DNA of 34,668 bases from Candidatus Woesearchaeota archaeon (GTDB lineage: Archaea; Nanobdellota; Nanobdellia; Woesearchaeales; GW2011-AR9): positions 1 to 34,668 of the forward strand of contig JABMOA010000039.1 in NCBI GenBank assembly GCA_013204355.1. The letters are read 5' to 3'. The notes beneath the pieces were generated by a model. The model did no database searches, had not been told where the DNA came from, and saw nothing but the letters and a program-made list of their open reading frames with translations. This document shows, one piece after another, positions 8,601-20,400 of this stretch. The number at the start of each line of letters is the position of its first letter. Positions within the stretch are counted from its first letter, which is position 1. The translations under genes were made by a program, and so were the position numbers.

Positions 8601-10483
8601 AAGCACCATACACCGTTACAAACCCACATCCAGAATTGTATGAGTTATATTTTGTAACAGGGTCAGACAAAGCTAGTGAACATTTTATTGGGACTGAAAG
8701 GACGTTTGATAAAAAAGCTAACCTGAAAGTAAAGAAAGTTGCACAACAGATTATTTATGATGGCGAATTCTTTGGATGTAGCGCAGTAGATTATTTGATT
8801 GGAGAAGGCAAATTAAAAGAAGAAAATAATCTTAAACATTGTGCTGTGAAGGGAGATGCATTCTGTGCATACTCTGTGTCAGAAGGTGATAATAAAGAAG
8901 TTCTTTCTACAATCAATTCATGGAGTAAAGTAGATGAAACTAAAGTTGGATATGATAATACAGATTCTTTTAACTTTAATAATCCGGAAGATTCTTTCCT
9001 AACTTTAAAGGAAGCGAACTACAAAGCGAATGAACGTAATTCTTCATCTGGCGCTGTACCTGCACGAAATATTTTATCTAATGCTTTATTTATTCCAAGT
9101 GGATCTGAGTTACCTCATTGGGAAATTCTTGCGCAAGGCTCTTTAAAGAAAAATGAACAATTGAATCTTGAAGGTACAAAAGTAAATTTAGATGCGGGCG
9201 AAACATTAAGGTCAGAAAGAATCGCAGTTGTACCCGGTACATTACATTTTGTTCATAATGGAACTTGTGAAGCTTCACTTAATATTATTGATAAAGATGG
9301 GAAATCTAGCGATGCCACATTACCTGAATTTAAAATTGAACAAACATCATATCTTGCATTATCTTTTGAAGGTCCTTGTAGCGTTGAGAAACCAATGCTT
9401 CAATATAGGGACGATGAAGCACCCGCAGAATTTTATTTCCAAGATTTATATCCAGCACGCGCTGGTGCAGCATGTTGTGCAGAGAATGGATGTTGGAATG
9501 GATTTGCATGTGTTGAAGAGATGTCTTCTCTTTCAAATTTCTATGAACCCACAGGTGACAATAGAAATTATAGGTGTGTTGAAGGAGATTGGGTCAACGT
9601 TCCTGCAAACAAAGATTGGATTGAAGATAAGGCAGGATTTTGTCAATCAAAATCACAATGTTTTGTTTTATCTGAAGATGATGGTGGGACTGCAGCGAAT
9701 TCAGCAGCTTCGTTTATTGATGGGTTATATCCAAATTGTATTGACTCTGGGGAATATATTTTAGACAATTATTGTAATGAAGGTGTGTGGACTTCACGGA
9801 CAAAATTTATTGCAGAATCTTTATTAGATGTTGCAGGAAGTAATGATTATTCATTATATTGTACAAACTATCAAGACACTTTATTACATTTAGATGGGAA
9901 AGAGAACCAAATTGCAGGAACCAATTTAGAAACTGTGAAAAAAGAATTAGGGTTAGGCGAAGCAATTGGTGGTGGGCCAGCCGAAGAAATTATCAGGTCT
10001 TGTTTCTCAGATATCAAAGGCGAAGAAGCAGGCCGTTTACTAAACAAAGGTGAAAATAGTTGTATCAATAATGTATGTATCTTAAAGCAAGGTGATAAAA
10101 CCATTATGGGTACAACATTAAATCATCCTTTAGATGACCCTGAAAAATCTTTCTTAATTGCATTAGATATTCCTCCTCAAAAATTAAATGAGATTTGTCA
10201 GACGGGCGAAGGTTTTGTATTATGCGATTTATCTAAAGTAAATCAGGAAGGAGATTTATGGTATAACAAAAATTTAAATGCTATTATTTATAGTAAAGAT
10301 GGTGTGAACTTGAAGAAATCAGGATTAGTAAGTTTCTTCAGTAAATTGTTTGGGGCAGATGATAAAGTAAATCCGTTTGCAGAATTCAAAAGTTTTAGAG
10401 ATATTTATTCCCTAAACATCAATAACAAAGAAATTGTAGGTATTAAACAACTACGGGCATCTAACAGTTCTGCAATTGTATAA
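5699..10483 (+). CDS. Giant secreted Cys-rich protein with glycine-zipper segment and MopE-like metal-binding motif; probably truncated by a premature TAA
   Basis: Signal peptide MKKRGLMLVV..., GAGAGAGIG...GAAVGAVVG zipper, DNDKDG..DCSD...PGANEICGDKINNDC, many CC/CW motifs. The frame continues 70 codons past the stop. Confidence 0.9.
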   Translation: MKKRGLMLVVLLVLSIFYSAMVLGETNKTDVKLEKYTEYKAIAIKNNCDDKEECEKKETHVNKYCAESSSESCGFGDECDDVEIGWPDSGQSCIIYSYELDGGGDDECVSATVLTGLNVNEQYTSLGEKKDILSTDFDDFVDGGTSSAVLAGAGAGAGIGSVFPVIGTLIGAAVGAVVGLVTSIALNIFGGNADAKTALQYAPFNFKDQNGVLCGSNKKWVQCDEGHKDALYWVNFEIPIELDDGTQLKKTIPTLLYECKDLGNNEGFTWQIKEDRDNDKDGWTKAQGDCSDYGYLDPYLGCPVLSEEDYQGQTKEFIRGKVKDLCGDPEFSFCSMCTNPGANEICGDKINNDCKAPSGVIDVFNFLEGETNDDCNLNQDACRQDKNQNNFVNEKLSYESGSKGSSTGFCCGAGGLDDVGKSWSNDDGGFVCINNDPTLIGGVKLSDQLCPSGENWCLISATQNPFKVFTINKPGEEAYDIVSNSEGWYQCKDNVQNLEAPSLNVENQKFSNRFQCYKEGDRWSWAECFGEGSPKKNDNVKGRYTGQSLYTLPLIKGKENEQGQNILKGDGVTIDVQSNFKDWYGADTTLDFEGYDSLEFFVKYENPDNLKLPAGLTLEIFGPQNKKYYSSGVLGFAQNGFFSENSSMHIKVPIQPYKGVKTISLKTLNQQNAFELQGMFLSKGETQFCSGIDDREQSNWLENLDQGDAETFFATSESLCKSLYGDNAWLGNDESVDIETANCCGNVANEYYDGASATETGCWNSQPLGIGDTSMDIKFTVSSAEKQFDVKFPEKSVSFTYTTHTGNYYLTGEGTAGKIDPESLGKDSSAIYCLEKDYGGDCVKWKEETVTSDPITKTISFKGESQKVEEITINKAEHRLTYMGDFYGEITINSEDEDVVLSFYAPLQGDSWDKILPVNELRSLFENKVYIMADYKTIEANELTPIQKTQELIYSCTKDECLFPLPGEAPYTVTNPHPELYELYFVTGSDKASEHFIGTERTFDKKANLKVKKVAQQIIYDGEFFGCSAVDYLIGEGKLKEENNLKHCAVKGDAFCAYSVSEGDNKEVLSTINSWSKVDETKVGYDNTDSFNFNNPEDSFLTLKEANYKANERNSSSGAVPARNILSNALFIPSGSELPHWEILAQGSLKKNEQLNLEGTKVNLDAGETLRSERIAVVPGTLHFVHNGTCEASLNIIDKDGKSSDATLPEFKIEQTSYLALSFEGPCSVEKPMLQYRDDEAPAEFYFQDLYPARAGAACCAENGCWNGFACVEEMSSLSNFYEPTGDNRNYRCVEGDWVNVPANKDWIEDKAGFCQSKSQCFVLSEDDGGTAANSAASFIDGLYPNCIDSGEYILDNYCNEGVWTSRTKFIAESLLDVAGSNDYSLYCTNYQDTLLHLDGKENQIAGTNLETVKKELGLGEAIGGGPAEEIIRSCFSDIKGEEAGRLLNKGENSCINNVCILKQGDKTIMGTTLNHPLDDPEKSFLIALDIPPQKLNEICQTGEGFVLCDLSKVNQEGDLWYNKNLNAIIYSKDGVNLKKSGLVSFFSKLFGADDKVNPFAEFKSFRDIYSLNINNKEIVGIKQLRASNSSAIV

Positions 10484-10696
10484 TATAAAGGGTTTGACAC
10501 GCCAATCTGTGATTTTGCAGATGCCGATCAGGTTAATGTAGAAGGATTGAAAGTACAGTTATTACAAAAGGTTGGTAATGAACAAAAATTAACATGTGTG
10601 ATTAATGAAAGTTCTCAAAAAGTAGAAGTAGTTTCTTCTCAAGATGCAATCAACGAATTCTGGCCACAATTGACAGGGAAATTACGAGTTGAATAG
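10484..10696 (+). pseudogene. In-frame C-terminal continuation of the giant protein
   Basis: YKGFDTPICDFAD...EFWPQLTGKLRVE*, 70 sense codons in the same frame with no ATG, followed by a T-tract. Confidence 0.75.
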
Positions 10697-10724
10697 GTTT
10701 TTTATTCATTCATTCTAGAATAAA

Positions 10725-10732
10725 TTTATAAG
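10725..10732 (+). promoter_or_regulatory. TATA box
   Basis: TTTATAAG 22 bp before ATG 10755, consistent with a leaderless transcript. Confidence 0.55.
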
Positions 10733-10754
10733 TATCTTTTTCTTCTCTTATAAG

Positions 10755-13295
10755 ATGGACAAAAAGAGGCAGATTGTTTTTTCTAGTAATAAAGCTCAAG
10801 TTACAGTATTTATTATCATGGGAATCATTCTCCTTTTTGTTTTTATTGCGATTATTGCATTTACTTCCCAACTTCAAAAAGAAGAATTCTCAGCAGCTGA
10901 AGAACAAGCATTTAATCAAATGTTTGAAAAGGAAGCGCTACGGATTTTTGTGGAAGATTGTTTACGGGATTCTTTACAAGATGGATTAATTATTGTAGGT
11001 GAACAAGGAAAAATATGGGAAGGTCAACCAGGAGGGGTAACTACCTTTGTTGAAGGTGTCAATGGGATGAAGTTAGCTGACGGAACACAAGTTGCATACG
11101 CACTTGAAAACAAGAAATATCCTCAACATCAGAACGCATATCCTTGTAAGAACGATACATCTTCACCTGAATTTTGTAGATATGAATTTCCTGATACTTC
11201 TTTAGGATTTGGGGAATTAACATTACGTGCAAGTTCTATTACTAACGATTTGCAACGATTCTTAGGTACAAAGACACAAGAATGTGTAGAAACATACACC
11301 AAAGAAAATATTTCAAGTAAAGCAAAGATTGAATCAACAGATGTTGACATTAAATTATCATTATTGAATGATGGGATTGCTGTGAAAGCAAATTACCCTT
11401 TAAAATTTTCACTTGATAATCAAGACTTTTTCCATTTGTCAAGTTTTGACTTTTTTTATTCTACACAGTTTAAACAACTTCTTGATGCCGCTGTTTTAAT
11501 ACCTTTAGAACGAGATTTTAGATATCTTGATTTTGAATTTACAGAAGAAACATTAAAGAAACCAACATTTACATATGCAAACAAACAACAATTTTCTTCG
11601 TGTGACCCTTTCCAGAATAATCCTTTTTTATTTTTCTGTCAACAAGGATTGAATGCAGATCAATATAATAATCTTGGGATCTCCCTTACAAAATCTAGTT
11701 TTGGCGGTGACGATTTATTCACCTTCACACCGTCCAGTTCTTTAATCGTCAACCGTCCAGGCGATTACCATTTTAATGTATTACGTCAAAATAGACCACC
11801 TGCATTAGATTATATAGAACGATTTAGTTGTCCTCTTTCAGATTATGATTATCTTGTTGTGAAAGATGACCCAAAATTAGGCACTGTTGAATTTACACCA
11901 TTTGCAAAGGATCCTGATGAGGATTCAAAAGAATTTAAGTTTGTGAATGGGGTGTTTAAGTTTGAGGAATCTAATGGGACAGTCAAAGTTTCTGCAGAAG
12001 ACCTAAAAGATTTAGAAGGAGTTAACATGTTTTCTATTAAATCAATAGATGAACACGGGTTGGAAGATGTACAAGATGTACGGGTGTTAATTGATCGACC
12101 ATTACAAACCAACTTACAAGTGGATTATCCTTATAATTTCACCCAAAATTATTCATCTTACAAGGAATATTTAGGTAATAATGATATCCTTTTAATTTCA
12201 CGTGAAGATCCTGTATTCATTAATATTTCAACGCCAGGAACATCATTGAAAGGTGCAGTTCCTTCAGTACAATTAATTTTTGAAGGTAATAATGAAAAAT
12301 TTACCTCTTTAATCCCTTTAAATTTAAAAGACGCATGTTTTGCATTTCCTTCATCGCTTGGGAAAAAATCATTATGTGATTTAGATTCCTATAAAAGCAT
12401 GTTCAACGAATGGGATAAATTATTAGCAAAATCTGATCTTGCATTTAAGAATCCGACTCCTACTGGAAAATTATTTTTAAACACAACTACAAATTATTGT
12501 AGTGAACAAGAAGTTTCATCTATGAAAGAAATTAACGTTGCCATTGTTGCATGTTTATCACACAGAAATCCTACGCATCCTTATCCCTATGTAAGAGATG
12601 ACCCTAACGAATATTACAAATATAAATTTCCTGTTGGAGAAGACGGGACTGATTTCAGTAAGAATGTAGGGAAGGAAGATATTAATCCATTTATGGCGTC
12701 AAATATTTGTTGTGCTAGCAATAAAATTCAAACAGCTGGTGCGACATGTTTCATAAATCCAGAACCAGGATGTTATGGAAGGGTTAAAGATTTTACAATT
12801 TCAATAAACTCTAAAAAAAATAACCCTTCTGGATTTTCAGGATATGTGAAAGAAACACAAGTTGCAACCTGTGATGGTGTAAGAGGAAATATTTGTGGTG
12901 GGGAAAAAGAATATAAATTAGAATACAATCAATTAACTTGTGGAAATTCTAGTTTGACAGGTTGTCAAACAATTGCATCTGCATGTCAAAACCAACCGGC
13001 GTATGGATATCCTCAGAAAGATGGTGAGGCAATAGGATGGTGTTATGGTACCATGGGTTGTCAATCTTTATGTCCATCTGGATCAGAAGTAGTAGATCTC
13101 ACTGCAGTAACTACACCTTCAAAAGCTTATGATGCAAATATTGTTGCTAAAACAAAATTAATTACCAATAGTAAAGATTTAAATTTGGGATGCGGTTGTA
13201 ATTCTCAAACAGAAGCAAAAGCGTGTGATGGGAATTTTGATGGAATTTTTGCAGGTCAATGTCGTGGAGGAAAATGTGATGAAGCGAAAGGTTAG
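10755..13295 (+). CDS. Large pilin-like protein (class III signal peptide) with Cys-rich C-terminal region
   Basis: NKA|QVTVFIIMGIILLFVF cleavage motif, FVEDCL, NRPPAL, Cys-rich last ~250 aa. Confidence 0.88.
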   Translation: MDKKRQIVFSSNKAQVTVFIIMGIILLFVFIAIIAFTSQLQKEEFSAAEEQAFNQMFEKEALRIFVEDCLRDSLQDGLIIVGEQGKIWEGQPGGVTTFVEGVNGMKLADGTQVAYALENKKYPQHQNAYPCKNDTSSPEFCRYEFPDTSLGFGELTLRASSITNDLQRFLGTKTQECVETYTKENISSKAKIESTDVDIKLSLLNDGIAVKANYPLKFSLDNQDFFHLSSFDFFYSTQFKQLLDAAVLIPLERDFRYLDFEFTEETLKKPTFTYANKQQFSSCDPFQNNPFLFFCQQGLNADQYNNLGISLTKSSFGGDDLFTFTPSSSLIVNRPGDYHFNVLRQNRPPALDYIERFSCPLSDYDYLVVKDDPKLGTVEFTPFAKDPDEDSKEFKFVNGVFKFEESNGTVKVSAEDLKDLEGVNMFSIKSIDEHGLEDVQDVRVLIDRPLQTNLQVDYPYNFTQNYSSYKEYLGNNDILLISREDPVFINISTPGTSLKGAVPSVQLIFEGNNEKFTSLIPLNLKDACFAFPSSLGKKSLCDLDSYKSMFNEWDKLLAKSDLAFKNPTPTGKLFLNTTTNYCSEQEVSSMKEINVAIVACLSHRNPTHPYPYVRDDPNEYYKYKFPVGEDGTDFSKNVGKEDINPFMASNICCASNKIQTAGATCFINPEPGCYGRVKDFTISINSKKNNPSGFSGYVKETQVATCDGVRGNICGGEKEYKLEYNQLTCGNSSLTGCQTIASACQNQPAYGYPQKDGEAIGWCYGTMGCQSLCPSGSEVVDLTAVTTPSKAYDANIVAKTKLITNSKDLNLGCGCNSQTEAKACDGNFDGIFAGQCRGGKCDEAKG

Positions 13296-14367
13296 TTTTA
13301 TAGTTGTACTTTTGATTTTATCTTCATTAATAATTATACCTTCCTTAGCTTCTGCTGTAAATGGGTGTTTTGTTGATAAAGAAAGTAGTAAATATTGTAC
13401 AGATATTTCAGATATTGAAGCGCAAGAAGAATGTTCTTTTTCGGATACATGTGATTTAACTTTGGATTTTTTAGAAGACCAATTGTGTACTTTTGTGGAT
13501 GAATGCCAAAAAATTTTGTGTAAAAGTTCGTGTAAGGTGGAATATAGAGGCCAATGTGTCTTTGGTGAAGTTCCACAAGGTGATGAACAAGAATGGTGTT
13601 CTTCTGGGTGTTGTCAATTTACATTTGGAAATCAGGAGTATTGTCAATCAACACCAGGTCAATGGAAATGTGAAGTTGAAGCTATTAACAGAGATCAAAC
13701 AACATACGGATTTGAATCTAATGCTAATTGTGAAACGTCTTGTCAAGATTTTACATATCAAGCTACATCCTATCCAGTAAGTATAAGTAAAAAACAATTT
13801 ACAACAATTTTATTAGAAGAATCAAAAAAACCTGTAAAAAAAGAAACTTCACCTCCTAAAGAAGCGAAAAATGAAGATGAAAAAGAAAGTAGTTTCTCAT
13901 TTTTCTGGTGGATATTAATCATTGGATTAATTATTTTGATTGCTGTGAAATGGAAATCTTGGTTTAAATCTGACGATGGAAATCTTGTTGAAGAAGGTTA
14001 TGCTCCAAAATCACCAGGCCTTTTCTCTCCTTTTCTTTCAAATCCTTTCACAAAAGCACGTATCAAAAAAATGAAACGCGAACATAAACATAAGCGTAAA
14101 GAGCAACGTATGGAAAATTTATTCGGTGAAGCAGGATTGACATTACCTAAGGAAGTGAAACCTTCCCAAAATTTTGAAGAGTTAGAACGACGAATCAAAA
14201 ATGCTAAAGTTCCAATAATTAATACTTATGTGACAAAACTGAATCAGATTGCAAATCAGCGTGAACGGAAGGAAAAAAATACATTTAACACGCTTAAAGA
14301 ACTACAAAAACGTGAACAAAGCGAAGTTTTCAAAAAATTAAGGCAAATATCTCAAAAAAATAAATAA
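13279..14367 (+). CDS. Single-pass membrane protein with 16-Cys extracellular module and basic cytoplasmic tail
   Basis: Start revised to ATG 13279 (GGAGG at 13266-13270). Signal peptide MKRKVSFIVV...ASA; TM FFWWILIIGLIILIAV. Confidence 0.88.
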   Translation: MKRKVSFIVVLLILSSLIIIPSLASAVNGCFVDKESSKYCTDISDIEAQEECSFSDTCDLTLDFLEDQLCTFVDECQKILCKSSCKVEYRGQCVFGEVPQGDEQEWCSSGCCQFTFGNQEYCQSTPGQWKCEVEAINRDQTTYGFESNANCETSCQDFTYQATSYPVSISKKQFTTILLEESKKPVKKETSPPKEAKNEDEKESSFSFFWWILIIGLIILIAVKWKSWFKSDDGNLVEEGYAPKSPGLFSPFLSNPFTKARIKKMKREHKHKRKEQRMENLFGEAGLTLPKEVKPSQNFEELERRIKNAKVPIINTYVTKLNQIANQRERKEKNTFNTLKELQKREQSEVFKKLRQISQKNK

Positions 14368-14394
14368 TTTCTACGTCTTTACTTACACGCAAAC

Positions 14395-14402
14395 CTTATA
14401 AA
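14395..14402 (+). promoter_or_regulatory. TATA box
   Basis: AAAC-CTTATAAA 28 bp before ATG 14431. Confidence 0.5.
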
Positions 14403-14430
14403 CAATAACTCTTTTATATCCCTTGTATAA

Positions 14431-17400
14431 ATGGGAACAAAAAAAAGAGATGTGTTAGTTGTAATTTTATTCTTATTTTTTCTAGTTTTAATTTCATCAG
14501 TTACGGCTGCAGAAGAGTGTATTCTTTTTGGTTCTTTAAGTTCTAGTGGGATTGACGATAATTTATACTGTCAACCGTATGATGCTTCAGCTAAAACCTT
14601 GTGTGATAAAGATGCCAATTGCGATGAAAAAAAACATGTTATTCCACAAGAATGTTCATCTCTTTCACAATGTCAACAAGTAATTTGTAATACCGCACAG
14701 ACAGGTTGTGAATTAAATACACCTCAAGGGTTATGTGCACAAATTAAAGGAACCGTTGTTGCACCTCAAAATCAAGTTTTAGAATGCACACAAGGATGTT
14801 GTCAGATTGAACATAGTGGTGGCGATTTTTGTCAATTTGGTTCTAATAAGTATCAATGCGATCAAAAAGTTAAGACTTTACAGAATGGTGTTCTGAAAAA
14901 ATTTGATGCAACTTCCGGTATGAACGTTGACAAATGTAATCAACTTTATTGTAAAGTAGAAATTCAACAAGCAACCCTTGAAGGGTCTGTTGTGGATGAA
15001 CAAGGTCAACCAATTGTTCTTGCAACAGTATCATTAGAAGGAAAAAATGTTCAAACAACAACTGCATCTGATTGTACATATAAATTTGAGAAACTTAATG
15101 CAGGGTCATATACAATTCGTGCATCAGCTTCTGGCTACTTAACTTCAACCATTACACTTAATTTAGGTGCAGGAAAAACTATATCTCAAAAATTTATTTT
15201 GAAAGAAGCAAAAAATCTTGTACAATTAAAAGGAAAAGTAATGGATGTAGATAAGAAAATTCTTGCAGATGCAACATTAATCTATAGTGGTCCTTCAAAA
15301 GGTCAAGTGATTTCAAATGTACAAGGTGTTTATGAAGTTCAACTTACGCCAGGAGAATATTCTTTTGCTGTAAGTAAGAAAGGATTCCAAACTTCAAGTT
15401 CACAAGTTGTTCTCAAAGAAGGAACACAAGAAAAAGATTTCACTTTACAAGTTTCATTATTACAAGGTGTGAAAGGAACCACATATCTTGATACTAATAG
15501 TAATGGCCAATTAGATAAGGATGATAAACCTGCATATGGTGCTAAAATTTATATTGATGGTGTTTTTAGAGGGTTTTCTCAACCTCCATATGGAGAATAC
15601 CAATTTGATGTCACTTCTGGAACAAGCCATATTATCACCGGATCTTTTCAAGATTTCGAAGCAATCCCTTTAACATTTCAAATTAAAGAAAAAGAAGGTT
15701 TAATTAGAAATTTACTTCTTACAACAGCAGAAGGAGAATGTTCCGCGGAAGGAAATGAAAAAGAACCTCTTGACTTTTTTATAGCGCCAGTTCAAGGAAA
15801 AGAAGAACTTCAATTAAATTGGAAAAAACCTTGTAAAGAAGTTTTGGGTTATAAAATTACACGAGTACATGGTGAAAAAGAAGAAGCACTGTTTGAGGCA
15901 TCCCCTTTAGATGAAATTTTTATTGACACTGGTGTAACATGGAACGAACAATATAGTTATAAAATTATTGCATTATATAGTAAAGATCGTCAATCTAAAC
16001 CTATCCAATCTGCATTATTATCTCCTGGGAATGAAGTATGTGGTGGAAAATATGATCAAACTGTTAAAAAATGGAAATCATTTTGTCAAGTTGAAAATCG
16101 AAAAACAGTTTTTACCTGTAATGCACAAAATCAATTAGTACAATCCTTAGATTGTGGCAGTCAGGGTCAAACATTTTTCTGCGCGCCACTCAATGAAAAC
16201 GTTGCTGAATGTAAGAGTGCAGGGTTATGTACTGCAGGCGCATCACCTTTTGGGTTATTTGCAAGTAGAGATGTTTGTTATGGTGGAAAATCTGTGGAAA
16301 ATGCAGAAAACTTTTGTTATTATGATTATTCAAATTCAATATCTAATCAATGTAGTAGTTGTACAAAAGTAGATTCTTGTTTTGATTACCGAAGTCAAGA
16401 TGCGTGTGAAATTAATAATTGTGTGTCTTCTGCATGTGATTGGGTAGATGTTGCACAAAATACACAACTGATTGATTATGGTTTAATTGGATTACCAACA
16501 ACTGTTACAAAAGAAACAGGTTCAGGATATTGTGCCCCTCAAAATTATCAGAAAGATGATTCATGTAGTTTATGTGGAAGTGCAGCAGATTTATTTGAAA
16601 ATGCATTTTGTACTGCAGAAGTATGTTCTGCGTTAGGTGCATGTTTTTCTACAAAAGGATTAACTGATTGTTCTTCTTGTGGTGAAGTGCCTACAACTGT
16701 TGCGAATTGTTATACTTATGGATCTCAATTAGAATGTTCAGGTAATGAAGGGAGTGACCAATGTGCGTGGAACAGTTGTTCATGGTTAGGAAATAAAGAT
16801 GGAGGTAGTTGTGTCAAAGATTCTGATAAAGATCAGAAAGACGATTGCGATAATTTCATTGGCGCGGAAGCAATTTCTTGTAGGGTTGATAACTCCGCAC
16901 CTGAAACAGTTCTTGAAGGTTCACATTCAATTTCGCTCGCAAAACCAACGTTAACATTTATTTCAGATGATTCAAAACATCAATATGCCAGTCAACAAAA
17001 CGTTTTAGGAATCTTTGGGTATTGTTTAGATTCCACTGATCCAAATGCGCCAAGTAGTTGCATTGATCAAGATGGTAAGGATGCATTTATTGAAGTTCCT
17101 TTCCCTGGAAATGCTAACAAAGAAACAATTGTTGTAAGTGTCTTAGATTCATTAAAAGATAAAGTAGTAAATGGTCAAAATTATGTTTTAAAATATTATG
17201 CAGAAGATAAATATGGGAACCGTGAAGATACAAAAGAAATTTTTATTTTTGTAGATAATGTAGCTCCAGAATTTGAAATTTCGGAAGATATTCAAACTAC
17301 AGATAGTTCAACAGATTTAGAAGTATTTTTACAAGGGATGAATGAACCAATGAGTTGTGAATTTGTCTTAACACAAGTTCTTCCTTCGGGTGAACAATCA

Positions 17401-20400
17401 AAAATTACACTTGGACAAGATATTCAACAGAAAATAGTATTATATCAAGAATTGACAGGGATAAAATATGCCTTAGATGTTTCATGTACTGATAATTCAG
17501 GTAATGCACAGAAGAAAACCAAAGAATTTACATTTGATTTAGAGCCAACAATAGATATTGTGGAGCCACCTTTATTTGGGGTTGTATCTTCCGAAGATAT
17601 TATTTTTAAAGCAAGAACGCAAGTGGGTGCAACTTGTGAATTATTTTCTTTTGAATCCAGTTTATGGGTGAAGAAAGCAGATTTCATTACCGATGAAACA
17701 GGAAAGGAACATCAAACAACAAGTATCAAAGTCTCTGGTGAACGAACATATGCGGCAGAACATAAAATTGTGTGTAAAGAATTATATGCGCAGAAAGAAT
17801 ATGAAGATTATTATCATTTCACGGTAGATTTCACACCTTCTGCTGTCCAGGCAGTCGTTAAAGAAGAAACACGTGAGGAACGATTTTTAGGAACAAATTG
17901 GGAAACAACCTTTGTAAAATCACCAAGTCTAAGTTTTGAATGTAAAGATGCAGCATGTGAAAAAATATTTTATTGTATGGGCACTTCTTGTTCTGTAGTT
18001 CCATCAAACCAGTATCAAGAATATAATACAGAATTAAAATTAGATAAAAGCACACATGTGTGTTATTATGGTGTTGATAAAGTTTTAAACCAACCGACGT
18101 TTGCAGATTGTGGGGATATTTTTATTGAAGGATATGGTATAGAATTAAAAAATCCTGTTGCACATTATTTTGGTGTGGAACAATGGGGGATTTCTAAAGA
18201 ACCTGTTTTTGATGTCATGTTCACAACAAAAGTTCCAACCAAGGAATGTAGATATGATACAAATAGTAATTTCAAATATCATGAGGCTCCAGGATTTAAA
18301 GTATTAAAACCTAATGCCCAAAATGAATATACAATTGAAAAATTCCCTGAAAGTAGTGGAGGATCAGCATTTTCATCTGGTTCAGTGAAAAAGTTATATG
18401 TCCTTTGTCAAAATAAAGAAGGAAGTATAGGGCCTGAGCAAGAATTATTTTTATCTTATGATAACTCTAACCCTAAAGCACAAAACTTTGTGGGAAGCCC
18501 AAACCCTCTCATTGAAGGGACCAAGGTTGTATTAAGTATTAACACAGATGATAAAACCTTATGTAAATTTAGTGATAAAGGTCATGACACTTATGAATTA
18601 ATGAATTATGCATTTCCTGGTGCAGAATCTGATTTACCTGGAGTTAAATCTAGTTATAAAAGGAAGTTGCACGAAACTCATTATGTGCCTTATTATGTCA
18701 ATAATTTTCAAGGTTTAAAGAATACGATTGAATTAACATCAATGTGTAAAAATGCTGCAGGTGTTTTTTCAGAATTACAAAAATTAACATTGAATATAGA
18801 TTATACTTTGCAAGGAGGTATCACAAAAATAACGCCTCAAGACTCATATATTAATACAGATGCTGTACTAATTCGTGTAGAAACAAGTAAAAATGGATTC
18901 TGTAAAATTAAACAAGATAATAATCTTATAACAATGCAAGGGTCTGGGGGAAGAGTTCACACGTTTAATGTGCCTTCAGTTCTTGGCAGTCACCAATTTC
19001 CTATTGTATGTACCATGGGGGAACATCAAGTTGAAGGAAAAGCGTCTTATACATTAGATAAAACAAAACCAATTATTTCAAAAGTTAATGCAGGATTATA
19101 TTCTTGTGGTAAATCTGAAATTACTGTGTATCCTGTTGTTAATGAAAATATTAGTGCATTTTTCTATGAAGTATATAGTAAATCCGGCGTACAGGAAATT
19201 CCTGAAAATGCAACGAGCTTTTCATTTGGTAAGAAAACGCCTAGTTCAACAAATTTAGGAACACTTATTTCTCAAGGGTCTACAGATGGTTCTAAAGTAA
19301 TTAAAGTTCCTGCTGGGAATTTAACATTAGGCGAAACCTATCAGATTAAAGTAAAGGCTGTTGATTTAGCAGGTAACGAAGGGGACTTTACAGTTAGTTC
19401 AGGTGTTTCCATCACCAATGGTACTGAATCTGTGTGTCAAAGTACAAAAAAACCAGGCGTTGAAGTTCTTAAAACGGAAACCTGTAAAGAAACGCAATTT
19501 GTATTAGAATGTAATTCTCTTGTTGGATGTGGAGATATTAATTACGATGTAAGTACTTCTGTAACTGGATGTGTACCTAATTCCACATATACGGGAGTTC
19601 CGCTTTCTGTTTCAGAAACCAATGTTGTGTGTTATTATGCGATTGATAATATAGGGAATGAATTCAAGGGAACACATACAGTAACCTTTGGTGATGCAGA
19701 TGGTGATGGCATCTCAGATTCTTGTCCTGATACATGTGCAAATACACAGAAAGGAAAAGTTGCAGATAATGAAGGATGTTCTGCAGAGCAAACGCCTGAA
19801 GGTCAAAAGAAGGATACAGATGGCGATGGCTTATATGATTTATTTGAACAAACTTATACTAGGACTGATGGGAGTTGTGTGTTAGACTATTTAGCTAAGG
19901 ATTCAGATTTAAATGGAGAGCCAGATGGTTCTGAAGATTATGATGGTGACGGTTTTTCAAATTTCCAAGAACAAACACAATTACAAGACCCTTGTCAAGC
20001 TGACACTATTAAAGAATCTAATGAAGATTCTAATTTCCCTGTGATTCCAAGTGCACCTTTAAATGATGATACAAATGTGTTAGCATGGGTATTCCTAATT
20101 GTTGGATTACTTGCAATGATTGGAAGTGCAGGATATTTAGTATATTATTATAAGTATGCTCCTCAAAAAAGGGGGGTAGCAGGGGGAAGTGGAACTATTT
20201 CACATCCTGGACAAAAACCGGCTTTGGGAACACGTCCACAACAACCAAGTATATTTCAAGATTTATTTAGAGGACGTCAAAAAGCAAGTCGTGACCTTAA
20301 ACACAAATCCTTATTTGGAGATTTCACAAAGGAGTCTAAAGAAATCCCACACCTAGGTAATCTTTTGAAAGGAAGTGGAAATCATCAAGAAAGGGTTAAT

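Noticed and set aside
9228-9764. 178-aa alternate-frame ORF and the other short nested ORFs in large genes
   Set aside because: Fully inside long coherent CDSs, with off-frame composition (Leu/Met/Ile-rich) and no motifs.
10481-10483. Stop-codon reassignment, selenocysteine or pyrrolysine
   Set aside because: The codon is TAA, which terminates many other genes here; Sec uses TGA and Pyl uses TAG.
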